Of a stretch of DNA of 47,911 nucleotides, positions 25,287-37,986 are shown piece after piece (the stretch's first letter is position 1; each line of letters opens with the position of its first letter). The position numbers and the translations under genes were made by a program. Under the pieces are notes generated by a model that was not told the DNA's origin, did no database searches, and saw only the letters and a list, made by a program, of their open reading frames with translations. The DNA is from Nemertoderma westbladi (Eukaryota > Animalia > Xenacoelomorpha): positions 1 through 47,911 of the forward strand of contig JAUCBJ010008886.1 in NCBI GenBank assembly GCA_032718475.1, in the 5' to 3' direction.

Positions 25287-26480
25287 GGGGAGATGGTCGC
25301 CTTTGCCGCTCCATACATTTTCCTTTTAAGCCTAGGTGCACTTTTCTCCGGAACACATAGAAGGTTTTGCTTGAAAATTTGCACAGATATTTAACAACCA
25401 TTAGGCATTAGGACACAAAATGATGCACTTTTGTGCAAGAATTCCACTCTGACATTGAAATACTGCCAGTAACTCATTTATCACCCTAAATTTCCCATCC
25501 GTGAGGGACAAATAGTGGTATATTACAAGTTGAGATGATGGTACAGTCAATATGGAGCATGGTTGTAACCATACCATCGAAACAAATGTCCATTCAAAAT
25601 TTCCAGTGATTTCGTTTGCCCAGTCCCGAGAAAAATGCACCTGAATGTGAAAAAATGGTATACATAATAAATCGCGATTAAATTTTTCATTAATTATACT
25701 AGCTATCCTTTGCATGTTATCAAAATAATTACAGTTCCAAGTTACAGTTCAAAACATCCCTGATCCATAATGTTTATCTGAGTCATCAGAGTCATTATCA
25801 ATAGCCTTCCTTTGCCTTTTGAGGCCTCTTGTTTTACCGAGTTCGATGCCCTTATCCTCCTTCTCCACCTTCATGATCCTCTTTTCGTCTATCACTTTGA
25901 GTCCTTCGATACACTGTACACCCACACAACAACCCATCTCCTGCAAAACACCCACTCTTAAGATAGCACCTTCATTAAAACACAGGACAGCATCATACAA
26001 ACCCACTGCAAGGCTAATTCCTCCAACAAATACCCTCTTTGAGCAACGCAACCATAGTAAGTTATTAAAACTTTCATTCACATTTTGAGTTTTTCCATGG
26101 AGACATCGTGACAGCAATTGAGGAGATGAAAGATCTCTAAATATCGGTTTGACAAGATTAGCGATAACTTCAGGAAGCTGCTGCTTGTGGTGATATAGTT
26201 GCCCAGTATCCAATCCTCTATTGTATTGGCACCATGAATTGATGCATTTGGGACAAAGTGAATGTTGAGGATTCACATCTGAGGAAAGCATGTGGAAATA
26301 GGTTGCCCACATGGCTTCTCGCATTGCTCGGACTGATTCAGAGTTCTTGCGTATTGCTCTTCCATAATAGAGCTGAATTGAAGTTATCTTCTCATCTGTC
26401 TGTCTGCCTGAACCACCAATATACTTTCCATCTGACAGTCGTTGACCTTTATATGATGCCTTCAGGTTTCTCAGCCCTCT
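25287..26480 (-). mobile_element. truncated DNA transposon with C-half of a Mutator-like/Kolobok-type transposase (ORF 25749-26561; first ~25 aa probably spurious)
   Basis: GG.GR.TD..I..IQ.YYG.AIR.N, WATYFH..SSD..PQH..CP....SWC.Y, RCLHGKTQN.NES.N...W; candidate end TTAA|GGGGAGATGG at 25283-25296; partner TIR not found. Confidence 0.75.
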
Positions 26481-28941
26481 CAATTTAAATTGAGGTCTGA
26501 GATTTTTACACAATATTTGGGACATATATAAGTGTTGTTTCAGGCAAAAAAAAATTTTCATTTTTTAGAGTTGAAAGGCCGTTAAACATCATCGAAGCTT
26601 AAGGTGAGGAGTAGGAACTTACTTTGCCCTGACAAAACTGATGGTCAAGTGCACAGCCAGTGGCACTGAGTGCAGTTTTCTAAATGCCAAATATAAACTG
26701 TTCTTTTGTAATTACACATTGGTATCCAAATTATTGGATGATGAAGGAATGAGATTAGTGTCATACATTTATACAAATGGAATAAGAATAACCCCCATAT
26801 CAATTCGAGTTAAAGTCATCATTACCTCGAGCAAATTTCTGGAATGTATATTTTTTTGTAACTTATCGTGAATTGCTAGATCTGCTCATGAAATCATACG
26901 GAAATATTAAGCCAGTGGCTATATAACATTTTATTTACATAATGTATTTTACCTAATGCATGTTGTTTGCGATGAATATGTCACATGAAATTGGAAAAGG
27001 AAAATCTGTTCAAGAGGGAGATGGCTTTTGAGATGATTTGACCAATGGTTCAACAGCGTTCAAGACTTTGACAGCATTGGCTGGGCTTAGGATGGCAATG
27101 AAACTGATTGGTGTTCAACCAGGTAAAGCGACATGGTCAGAATAGACAAGGTCAAAATAATGTAAAATTCTGACCATGTTTCGATAAAACTTTGAACAGT
27201 TTTGCAAATAAGTTTTTACATGGTTTTTCAATCCTGTAAATATGTATGGGCGGGCACACATATTTGGCACAGTATATAATTGTTCGAAGTTTTCAAATTT
27301 TATCATTGCAACAAACAATAATTCCATCTATTTTCTAGGTAGTTTTCTTCAATTGACCTATTTCAATTATTAACTATAGCTAAATTCCAAAGTTTCTTCA
27401 ATAAAATTGTTTGTCATAGAAGAAGATACAAACCTTATCAAGTCATATACCAGGCGAATTGTATCCGAATTCTATCCACTGACTAGCCTATTGTTCTTGA
27501 TGTAAAGTCGGTGTTTGTTTGTGCAGCAAGAATTGAACTATAAATCAAGGGATACTTCCTGTTCTTTCATGACAATAATCTTTCATGTAAATTATGACAC
27601 TGACATCGCTTTTATTGATGTAAACAATTTGTTGATGTAAACAATGTGTTAAATTGTTTACATACGTAATTTGTTGTGATAAATACAATACAAATACCAA
27701 CAAACCTGAGAGGTGGATTCGAAAGGCCTACATTCTAAACTAGTTACGGGTAGATTACGCAAAAAGTGGCCAAAATTGTGTCAGACGTAATTTCGCCATT
27801 CCATGAGCCATAACTCAGCAGAAAATAACCCAAACCATATAAACCTATATATATTTCTATAGAGCGAATTTTCGCCCATTTTTTGGCATTGGTTTTAAGC
27901 AATTTGACATATATTTTCCTTGGATTACAAGACGAAATGGACATATGATGCGATGTCCGATGCTAAGTTTTTGAGATACAAACGATCATAACCAAATGTC
28001 AGTAAGAGATACTTCCAGTAAACTATATATCAGCTAAAAGCTTATTTCATGATCTACAATCCAGTACTAGTCGTTACTGGGGTACACTTCTTTATAGTTT
28101 TGTTTTTTGAGGAATGAAAAATGCTACATGTTCGTTTTTATAAATTTTTTAGGTGTTGTAACGCTCATTTTTGAAACATATTTTTTTATTGTGAAATGTG
28201 TTTGTTTCAAGGTAAGTATTTTCCGAAAGATAATTTTAATGGCTATCCATACATATACAAATGAACGCTAATCGATAAGTCCAGCAGAAATTATGCCCAA
28301 AAGTTTGCCAAGTAGTTTTTTTACGTCATTGGAAATGTCCATCTTGTAACGCCCTTATTTTTGCTATAACTTTTCTTCCACAAATCGGATTTACTTAATG
28401 TAAAGTTTATTTATACCGCTTCTGAAAGCGCTATCTAATGATATACAAGGTCAAGCTTTCACGTTAACCTAATGAGATTGCTAAGCATGTCCACAGTTGT
28501 CCTGCATGTAACGGTATGTAACGCATTGTAACGCTGTCTCACTTGTAACGCATGCATGAGCAAAAACTTTCGTTACAGATGAGACATGTCCAAAATGTAA
28601 CGCATGTATAAACAAATTATTTGCGTTACAGATGAGACATGTCCAAAATGTAACGCCAAAAGAACATAAATTAGAGAGTTGATATTTATTTGAACCACAA
28701 TTTTCCTTCCCTCTTATTGGCTAAAAAAATGCAATAATGAAATCTGATGTTAAAATAGAGGGAATTTTAAAAAGGAAAGCAGGGTCTCATTGTTCTGAAG
28801 CTATTATAGTTATATTAGTATAGCTAAATAATAGTTAGGGTTCATTTATTACATTAATTGAGACACTAAAATACTGGGACATAGGCTACCTATGATAATT
28901 ATCCTGGTTGTTACCTAAAAATTCAACGGAAAGAAAATTTA

Positions 28942-31671
28942 ATGGAGAGGGAAACAGCGGCGGAGCGCCAACGTAGATTAACTAGAGAAAGGGTGCGGAA
29001 ATTTCGACAGGCGAAAAAAGACGACTCTGAATGGAAAGATACACAGGCTTTGAAAGCACGTGAAAGGCGAGCTGCAAGAAAGCTTGAAGGTGACGTTTTG
29101 CTGACACGAGCTTCTGCAGCGCAGTATCGTTTGAAAATACACACTCAACGTGTGAAATGGGCAGCAACAAAAAGAGAACAACGGAAGAATCATGACAAAA
29201 AGAGAATGGAATTTGATTCTGAAAATGTTTCTCTAAATGTACCGAAACGTTCCACTGCAGCAAAGCGCCGCCGTCGGTTGAATACGGATAGAAAAAACCG
29301 TATCATTAAACATTAACAATGAAAATTGGAACTAGCCCAGAAACGCAATAATTCCTTGAGTCGTAGAATCCTCCGGCACCAAATTCAATGCGCTAGATGT
29401 AAGACAACTTCCATGACACCTGCGCAGACAGTTTTGAAGTCTGTTACTAAATCGTTGACACCACAGTCTAAACGGAAATCTGTTTCGCGACTAAAGAATC
29501 GAAAGGAGGTTTTGAAAGATTTACGAAACCTTGGTTGCAGAATTCGGTTAAGTAATAGATTCCAACGTACATCTGAAATGAGTGCTCAACGAGCAGCTTC
29601 ACTTCGTGAAGCAGTTGAGGGTTTTGCGAGACAGGACGACATATCAAAAGAGTGTCCTGATAAGTCGAAAAAGTCAATTGATGTTAGATTCGGTCATATA
29701 ACGTCAGAGGTTCCCTTGCGATATCAAATTGAAAATCTTCTTATCTTACATTCTCGGTTACTTTATGAAACAGGAAAAGAAATTTCGTACTCGGTGTTTA
29801 CTAGATACTGGCCACGCGACGTCATTCAACCTAGAGCATCGGACTGGGGAACATGTTTATGCGTTATCTGCGTGAATCCCCAGTTAATGGTAGAAAGTTT
29901 GGTGGCGGCCAAGTTATTGCCCACTGGAAGTGTTGCTTGTGAAATCGCATTTCGTGAGAATAGTAATTGGTCAAAGAGTATTAAATGTTCTAGTATCAAG
30001 AACATAGAAGTCCAGCAATGGATAAACGATTATGATGTCGATAAGGGTAAGAGGTTCTGGCGTAAAGTGACTAGATCTATTCGCTTGAAGTCGTTTACTG
30101 ATATTATAGTAAAGGAATTGGATGGACTTAAAGCACACATTGAGCGAGTTAAGGCGCAGTTTTCTGCAATCAAGGGTGTGAAGGCAAAACGGGATAAACG
30201 AAGTATCATTATTCATGCCGATTGGAGTGAAAATTATGCTGCACCAAATCCTGGAGAAATACATAGCGCTTACTATGATAAAAGATCTGTTTCACTTCAT
30301 CCAATGTTAGTTTGGAAAGGAGACGAAGAGAAAGCCACCTCCTACATTGCTATGAGTGAAGATACAAATCACAAGGCTGCGGCTGTTTTCACCAGTATTC
30401 GTATGGTAATGAGAGAGGCGATGAAAGAAGTGAAGGCTGAACTCAACTCCGAGTGTGTTGAAAATGTTACAATAATTAGCGATTCACCCTCCTCGCAATA
30501 TCGTAATAGGTATATTCTGTACTTATTTCAGAAGTATTGTGCTGAAATTAAGAAGAACTGCAGATGGATATATCTGGAGGCTGGACACGGGAAGAGCCCG
30601 GTGGATGGAATAGGAGCAACGGCAAAACGAGCCCTGGATTCCGCCATTAGCCTGCATGTTTGTGACGATACTCCGACCTTTGGCAGGATGGTAGATAATC
30701 TCAAAAGTTATCACCTATACAAGTGGCGACATAGGGAAAGTGAATAATACACTAAAATCGGTAAATATACGTCCAGTTGTTGGCATTGGGAAATGTCCGA
30801 TGTGCTATATATCCCCAACTCTACTGCTGTTATTATGAAGAAGAAGTCTTGCAATCTAAATGATTGTGAACTGAGATGCCTTCAGCATGGAATTATATGG
30901 AATGTTCTGTTTGGCAAGAAGGGGCTCAGTAAGGAAGTGAAAAAAAACGATGGGTGTGGAGACAAGGTGGATGGGAGTGGAGACGAGGTGGATGGGAGTG
31001 GTGACGAGGTGGATGGGAGTGGAGACGAGGTGGATGGGAGTGGAGACGAAGTGGATGGGAGTGGAGACGAGGTTGGGAGTGGAGACGAGGTGGATGAGAG
31101 TGGAGAGGAGGTGGATGGGAGTGGAGACGAGGTGGATGGGAGTGGAAAGGAGGTGGATGGGAGTGGAGACGAGGTGGATGGGAGTGCAGACGAGGTGGAT
31201 GGAAGTGGAGACGAGGTGGATGGGAGTGGAGACGAGGTGGATGGGAGTGGAGACGAGGTGGATGGGAGTGGAGACGAAGTGGATGGGAGTGGAGACGAGG
31301 TGGATGGGAGTGGAGACGAGGTGGATTGGAGTGGAGACGAGGTGGATGGGAGTGGAGACGAAGTGGATGGGAGTGGAGACAAGGTGGATGGGAGTGGAGA
31401 CGAGGTGGATGGGAGTGGAGACGAGGTGGATGGGAGTGGAGACAAAGTGGATGGGAGTGGAGACGAGGTGGATGGTAGTGGAGACGAGGTGGATGGGAGT
31501 GGAGACGAGGTGGATGGGAGTGGAAAGGAGGTGGATGGGAGTGGAGACGAGGTGGATGGGAGTGGAGACGAGGTGGATGGGAGTGGAGACGAGGTGGATG
31601 GGAGTGGAGACGAGGTGGATGGGAGTGGAGACGAGGTGTATGGGAGTGGAGACGAGGAGATGGTAGAATAG
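28942..31671 (+). pseudogene. disrupted Sola2-like DDD transposase (three ORF pieces)
   Basis: CLC..C.N, DWSENY, EIHSAY, SLHP, SDSPSSQYRN, EAGHGKSPVDGIG; stops at 29314, 29320 and 30745. Confidence 0.8.
30949..31660 (+). repeat. 21-bp minisatellite (~34 units) encoding (GSGDEVD)n
   Basis: GATGGGAGTGGAGACGAGGTG tandem units. Confidence 0.95.
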
Positions 31672-32311
31672 ATATGAGCGGCGATGATTCGGATGATTAC
31701 GAACTTTTCATCGGGATTCAGTAGGAGTTGTGCATTTAATAATTTTTATATTGCAGTATTGTATATTGTAATATTGTATGTTCTAATATTGCATATAACT
31801 GTATCATAATAATTTCGATATTATGTCAAAATAAAATGCCTCCAAATTATTTCTTATATGATTGGTCAGTTTAAACTCTAGCGACTACCTGATTGGTTTA
31901 AACTTGCGTTACATGAGACAAATCGTTACCGACAGGACATAAGTTTTTCGTCCATAACTTCTTTACTATTGGTGGAAAAAACGAACCACTATGAAATTTG
32001 AAATCAGCACATAAAGGGCTTTCAAAATATGTATGGTTTGATAGGGTTTGCGAAAAATTTTTTTTTTAATTTTTTTACCTGGAATTTGGCCATTTTTTGC
32101 GTAATCGACCCTACATATATTTCCCACACATTCAATACAGAGGTCCAGGAATTCAACTAGTCAGAGAGCCGATCACATGTGGGAGGGAAATAATTTATGG
32201 ACCATACGAAACGAGTTGTGCTTATGATTTCGAAATGGTGGGATTGCTTGAGGTGTGAACATCAAATAACTTCATTGGTAATAATTGGTCGGGAGGTGTC
32301 TACATTTACAA

Positions 32312-32575
32312 TAGGGTAACATGGGATAAAGTGAACTGAAAAATTTAGGTTTTTATATTTTTTCACAATTTGAATAACACATTTATAAAAATGTAATGCC
32401 TTATATTAAGCACTGTATCATCCATCTAATTGTCGAATAACTATTTTTTTTAATCGAAAAAGTAGTTCACTTTACCCCCCATATATATATATATATGTAA
32501 AATGCACGAGCTGTACAATTACTATATATTTCACTTTACCCCCCATATATGAAATGTTGGGGGTGAAGTGAACTA
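32312..32575. repeat. cluster of direct/inverted TTCACTT(T/C)A(C/T)CCC motifs, probably the end of another DNA transposon
   Basis: Motif at ~32322 (inverted), ~32466, ~32530, ~32560 (inverted). Confidence 0.35.
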
Positions 32576-32964
32576 TCTAAGAAGTTTAAAAAAAACGCCA
32601 TGAGCCTTTTAAAGCTCATGGAGTGAGGTATAATCAATGCAGTTCGAATCAATAGTTTCAAATTCCATGGATGACAAGTTAACAACAATTTAAATTTAAA
32701 TTCAAATAAAACTGGCCAAAAAATCCATCCATTAGCGGTAACACCATATAAGGCACAGGAACCTGATGGCCCACCTTCCATATTCACCATATAAAATATT
32801 TCCTTGATAGAAAATGGTGTTTGGTACTGGTGGGTGGTGCCGGCATGTATTCGGTCCAGAGTTGCCTCCCAATTGTAAATACTGCAGTCGCTGTGGAACG
32901 AGAACAAGAACTTACTTACCTGTTTATTTGTAATGTTTCATGCAAATGAGTATTTGTTAATTAA

Positions 32965-35130
32965 CACTAATTCTGAGTATGATACTAAGTATTCTGACAC
33001 AATGACTTCGAATTACAATTAAATACTTATGGAAACTCATGGTCTGGAAAGAGTTCTAAGACAGGCAGTAGAAACGTTAGATGTACAGCAATGGCTTGAT
33101 GAGGGGGATAATGTAGCTAATGTTGGTACCGATAGCCACGGGAATGCTGATGATGTGGTAGGCCTACCACTTCAGGATGATGGGACCCTTAGTAACTTCC
33201 TCAGATTTTGATAACATAGTGTCTGAGTCTGAATATAGTAGTGGTAGCTCCAATGATAGTGATACTGATAGGTCTGACTCAGCAGATACAATTCCTGCTG
33301 TGGAATCTTATATGTCAAAAGCAGGTATACTGTATACTGATGTACAACCGCCACCAGCAAAACGAAGTAAATCTGACATAGTATGGTTTAGACCACGACC
33401 CATAACAAACCCACCCAGTGAAATTGAAAGTTTTCAACTTTTTTTTACGGAGGAAATTATGTATGTTATATTGCATGAATCTAATAGGCGGGGTAGGATT
33501 CTGTTTCTAAAAAAACATCCCATTGGAACTTCCTCTAAAATGTTCAAGGAATTTACAATCACGGAACTTTGTGCAGGTTTTGGCATACTCACTCATTATG
33601 GCAGGTGTCTTCAAAAGCTCTCACCAAACTCTGGTTGAACTGTGGAACCCTATTCATGGCCCACCCTTCTTTAGAGCTACTATGGGGTATGATCGTTTTG
33701 TAGCATTGTTGCAATGCTTGCGATTTGACAACATTGCAACCAGAGATGAGCGTAAGAAAACGGATAAGTTTGCGGCCATTCGCGACATTTGGGAGATGTT
33801 TCAGGCGACACTCTTGAAGTCACGATCGATGAACAGCGCATGCCAGGCCGCACTTACATGCCAAAGAAGCAAAAAAAAATTGGATTGAAAATTTTTTGGG
33901 CATGTGAAGCACTTACTGGCTTTGCGCTAAGAGGCATAATTTATGGAGGGAAGGAGGAAGGAGAGCCTGTTCATAAAGGTTTAGCTGGGGAGATGGTCAT
34001 GAATCTAAGTAAACCATTTTATCGCACTGGTCGTAATATTACTACAGATAACTTTTTTACATCATTCAACCTAGGCTTTCCACTCAAAGAGAAGGAACTC
34101 TCTTTATTGGGCACTATAACAGCCAATAGAAAATAAATTCCGAAGGAGCTGAGGGAAACAAAAGGTAGAAAGACAAATACAGTAATATTCGTTTACAACC
34201 AAGATCACTAGATAACAATTGTCTCCTACATTCCACAGAAAAATAAAAACGTCGTTCTTCTAAGTAGTAGTCATGATCGGTTCGAGGTCAATAATGCAGG
34301 AAAACCCTTGATGATTGAAGACTACAATCGGACGAAGTTTGGAGTCGACCTGATGGATGGCAGAGTTGAGCACTTCACCTGCAAACGGAAGACAAACCGG
34401 TGGCCACTGTCTGTCTTTTTTTAATATAATCGATATTTCAACCATCAACAGTTTTCTGCTAATGAAGAAGAATAAGTACAAGCAGAACGGCAGGACTTTT
34501 TATGAAAACTGTGGCTCTGGCTCTAGCAGAGCCAAACATCAAAAACAGGTTGAACACGTTCCGACTCCCAAGAGCTTCGAGAATTGCAGCTGCAATATTG
34601 GGCTATGAGACAGAAATTTCTTCAACTATCCCATCCAGTGGTCCACGGAAATGTGGATTGTGTCCTCGAGCAAATTCTTCAACTCGAGTTCGATGTGACA
34701 CATGTGGAAGAGCAACCTGTAAGGATCACCAAGTGATTTCCAAGAAATGTACCCAATGCTCCTAACTGCCTAATAGCCCTAATAACTGTATAACTGTAGT
34801 GGTACCAGGATACTGGTAGTGGTAAGCCTAGCCTACAGTATATTGATAGTATACGTTGTTGTTGATTTGATACTGTAGTGAGTGAACAGGGGGATTTTAA
34901 CTTTTCTGAAATTATAATCTAGCCTACAGTACGGTACATGTCTACTGATTGTTGATTTATTTGAGTCTTTGTGATTAATATGCCCTGGCCTTAGTTAGAT
35001 ATTTCATTAAAAAAATAGCGCTTTCAACAATATTTAACAAATTTACGATTTGGACAGTTTAAAATATATGGGCTACAAATGTAGTCGAAACACTAAAGTA
35101 AGCAGATCAAAAGTCGCACTAGGATTAGTG
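32965..35130 (+). mobile_element. decayed piggyBac transposon with TTAA TSDs
   Basis: TTAA|CACTAATTCT...AGGATTAGTG|TTAA (9/10 TIR match). Confidence 0.8.
33029..34765 (+). pseudogene. frameshifted piggyBac (PGBD4-like) transposase
   Basis: RF..L..CLRFD, DKFAAIR, TIDEQ, GLKIFW, TTDNFFTS, YNRTKFGVD.MD, RKTNRWP, C-terminal Cys-rich domain CGLC...CDTC....CKDH. Confidence 0.92.
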
Positions 35131-36380
35131 TTAACTATTGAATTTAAATTATAATAAAATATTTGTAATTAAATATTTGTTATGATTTTTATGGCAGTAT
35201 GGTGTTTCAAATTGTTTCGTAGTTAATTTGTCATAATGTTTTGTATTACTGTTAGGCCTAATTAAGTTAAGTAAATATTGAATGGAACGGAATGGAATTA
35301 TTTGGAAGTTATTTTGTAACACCTTTCAGTAATGGGGAAATCTCGGCCATAGCGAAAACTTTATTCAAAGTCTAGGATTATTAGGGGTGCAAACATTACT
35401 TAAATGCCTAGGAAACCAACCAAAACCAAATTATACAGCTATATATAATAATGCTGAACCAGTATAACACGTTGAGTTTAATTTTTCTGTATAAAAGGGT
35501 AATATCAATCAAAATTAATTTTTCAGAGCTGATATAAAATTGTAATAATCAATTGCAATTACCTATACAGTATAAAATTGTAGTGATGCTTCGAAATTAA
35601 TTTTTTTGTAGTATCAGTGTAATATTTGATTACCTTTTGGTGTTCAATTTCGAATGTCAGTTTATGCCCCATTATTAGAGCTTTCAGTTACTTTTGTTCT
35701 TTACGATTTGCGGTAGTTGCGGTAGCAAAAAAATGTAGCTGGAATTAATGAAGTTGGACGCTCCATTTTTTGACGACTTTTTAAAAGTGTGGCATTTATT
35801 TTTTGTAAACCTTTTTCATGAATTAGTAAATTTAAATTTCTTTTTGTTTTTGTTGACAGAAAAATATGATTCAATACGAATCAATTTCTCCTATGTAATG
35901 TGTAACTGCTGTAATGATGGCTGAACGTTTATTTTGCACATTATGGTGATTTTTTAAGGTATAAATAAAGGATACAATGTGATATTGTGATTTGAAGAAA
36001 ATGCTATGATACAAAAAAGTTTTGTATTTTTTCGTATGATAAAAAAATTACATCTAATTAATTTCATAGTTATACGAAATCAGAATTTATATATTTATTT
36101 ACTTTAGAAAATTATTTGAATATTTCAACAAAAATTAAATATTCGGTTCAGACTATACGACACAAAAGCAAACTTGTTTTATACAATACAAGCAAGTATA
36201 ATGCCTAGAAATGCATAATATAAAAAACTATACAAACCTAAAAGGCGATTTACTATTTTAACAGTAAATAAAGTCAACTATACACTTCCCTCCCTCCATA
36301 TCACTCTATAATCTCCCTCCATATCACGTTAAAACGATTTTACGATATCGTATAAACTGTTAGAGGTGGTCCTAACAGCC

Positions 36381-36580
36381 ACAACGTTGTAGTAGAGGAA
36401 TATGAGCATCTCTGCGTTCTCGACAATTAAACGGTTGCGATTATCGGTGAGCGTCTGTTTAGCCACTTTGAATTCGCGCTCAGATGCCACTAATGCTGCC
36501 GGTGCTGATAGATAACGACGAACGAGAATCGCCAGTTCTTTGTATTTACCATTTATGGTGCAACTGCGCCAGAACTGGGA
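36381..36580 (-). pseudogene. hAT transposase C-terminal dimerisation-domain fragment (not in ORF track)
   Basis: Hand translation: QFWRSCTINGKYKELAILVRRYLSAPAALVASEREFKVAKQTLTDNRNRLIVENAEMLIFLYYN. Confidence 0.85.
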
Positions 36581-36833
36581 GGCAGTATATTATGCTTGCA
36601 TTATCCACTAAGGGTATCGCTGTATCTAAATCTGACAGTTCTAGGCTCCCAGTGATTAAGATTGTTAATAATAATATATAGAAATTGTTTTTCGTTCAGT
36701 CAGATAGTATTTATTATACCTAAATCTTATCAGTACCGGTAACACATGAGAATATATTTTATAATAAAAAGCACACTTGGGTCCCATTACCAATATATAT
36801 ATATACAGTATATCTTTATATAGAAATATCTCA

Positions 36834-37460
36834 CTACACAACCCCCCCTATAAGATGCGGAGCATCAGCTGTACGAAAAAAACAATAACTGGGGTTTGAA
36901 TAAAATTGTACTTTCTTTCGAGTTTTCTTTTTGCTGGTTACCCCACAACCAATATAACGTTGAGCAATATCCATTGCATTATTCAACGCTCTCGTGTGGA
37001 TTTTAGATATCGGTACTTCCAAATCAAATTTACTAATATCCGGTTTACATACAAATCCTACTCGATCAGTTCCAAAAAATCGAATAGGTTCACAGTTTGT
37101 AGGACAGTTCTTTCCAAAAATTCTAGTATTAATTGGTAATGTTAGACCTGGCCATGGCAGATAACCTTGAAGTTTTCCTATTATTACTTTATCATTATCG
37201 ATGTGGTAATCAGTTTTTCTTTCATTATTATTAGTTAAATTATCATTGGTACTTGAACGCTTGGAATAATCATTCTTTGGAATAATTGTTTCATTTGCTG
37301 CGTCTTTACATCTGGTTGTATGGTCTGCATAAGTTTCATTCTCTCCAGATGTTGCAAAAGCTGGTTTTGTGCGATCTATGGATACTTTGTCTGTTTTATT
37401 TCCTTTTGCGATAGTAACCGTTTTATCATAGTTATAGTATTCATTCAGCCCAGGAAACAA
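36834..37460 (-). CDS. PWWP-domain-containing ORF (non-ATG start, probably a fragment)
   Basis: VIIGKLQGYLPWPG...IRFFGT..VGFV....I.KF. Confidence 0.7.
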   Translation of the reverse strand: MFPGLNEYYNYDKTVTIAKGNKTDKVSIDRTKPAFATSGENETYADHTTRCKDAANETIIPKNDYSKRSSTNDNLTNNNERKTDYHIDNDKVIIGKLQGYLPWPGLTLPINTRIFGKNCPTNCEPIRFFGTDRVGFVCKPDISKFDLEVPISKIHTRALNNAMDIAQRYIGCGVTSKKKTRKKVQFYSNPSYCFFRTADAPHLIGGVV

Positions 37461-37986
37461 CAGTGCATGAATTATCGAGCACTATTAAGTTACCTGCCTA
37501 AACATGCATCTACACTCATTAACTGCACTGCATTCGTCGGATAACATCTGACTGCTGATTAACTGCCGCCACCACTGTTATTTTACTATTTTTGTACTGT
37601 TGTTCATTGTTGTTTGGTAATATTATTGCTGGATGTTCATATTTGGAGAATACGTATAAATCGATAGATAATCTCAAATCTTCACTACATTAATTCAATG
37701 GCGAGACATCTTCTAGATCACACAGCAGGAGGCTGACTTGCTGGGGCCGGCAAAAGCTTTGTGTGTGGTGCGCTTTGTATGTCTGAAATCAGGTAGATGA
37801 CAGAGCCCCCAGGGCTTAACATTGTGGACATGGGCTGTATTGGTAGAGAGATAACTACATACAAGACCACATGGAAGTTCATGGAGTGTATGGGAGTGGA
37901 TGGGTATATGGAAGGAGGAGCCTAGACCATTGAATAATTGATTTAGTGCAAGGAGATGTCGCGCCATTAGTCTGACACCGAGAGGG

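Larger units (their letters stand above)
27748..32111 (+). mobile_element. Sola2-like DNA transposon with both TIRs
   Basis: TIR GGGTAGATTACGCAAAAAGTGGCCAAA versus reverse complement of right end GGGTCGATTACGCAAAAAATGGCCAAA; TAC on both flanks; subterminal TGTAACGC/GAGACA repeats. Confidence 0.8.

Noticed and set aside
30882-31666. (PLPSTSS)n and (MGVETRW)n ORFs
   Set aside because: Alternative frames of the 21-bp minisatellite
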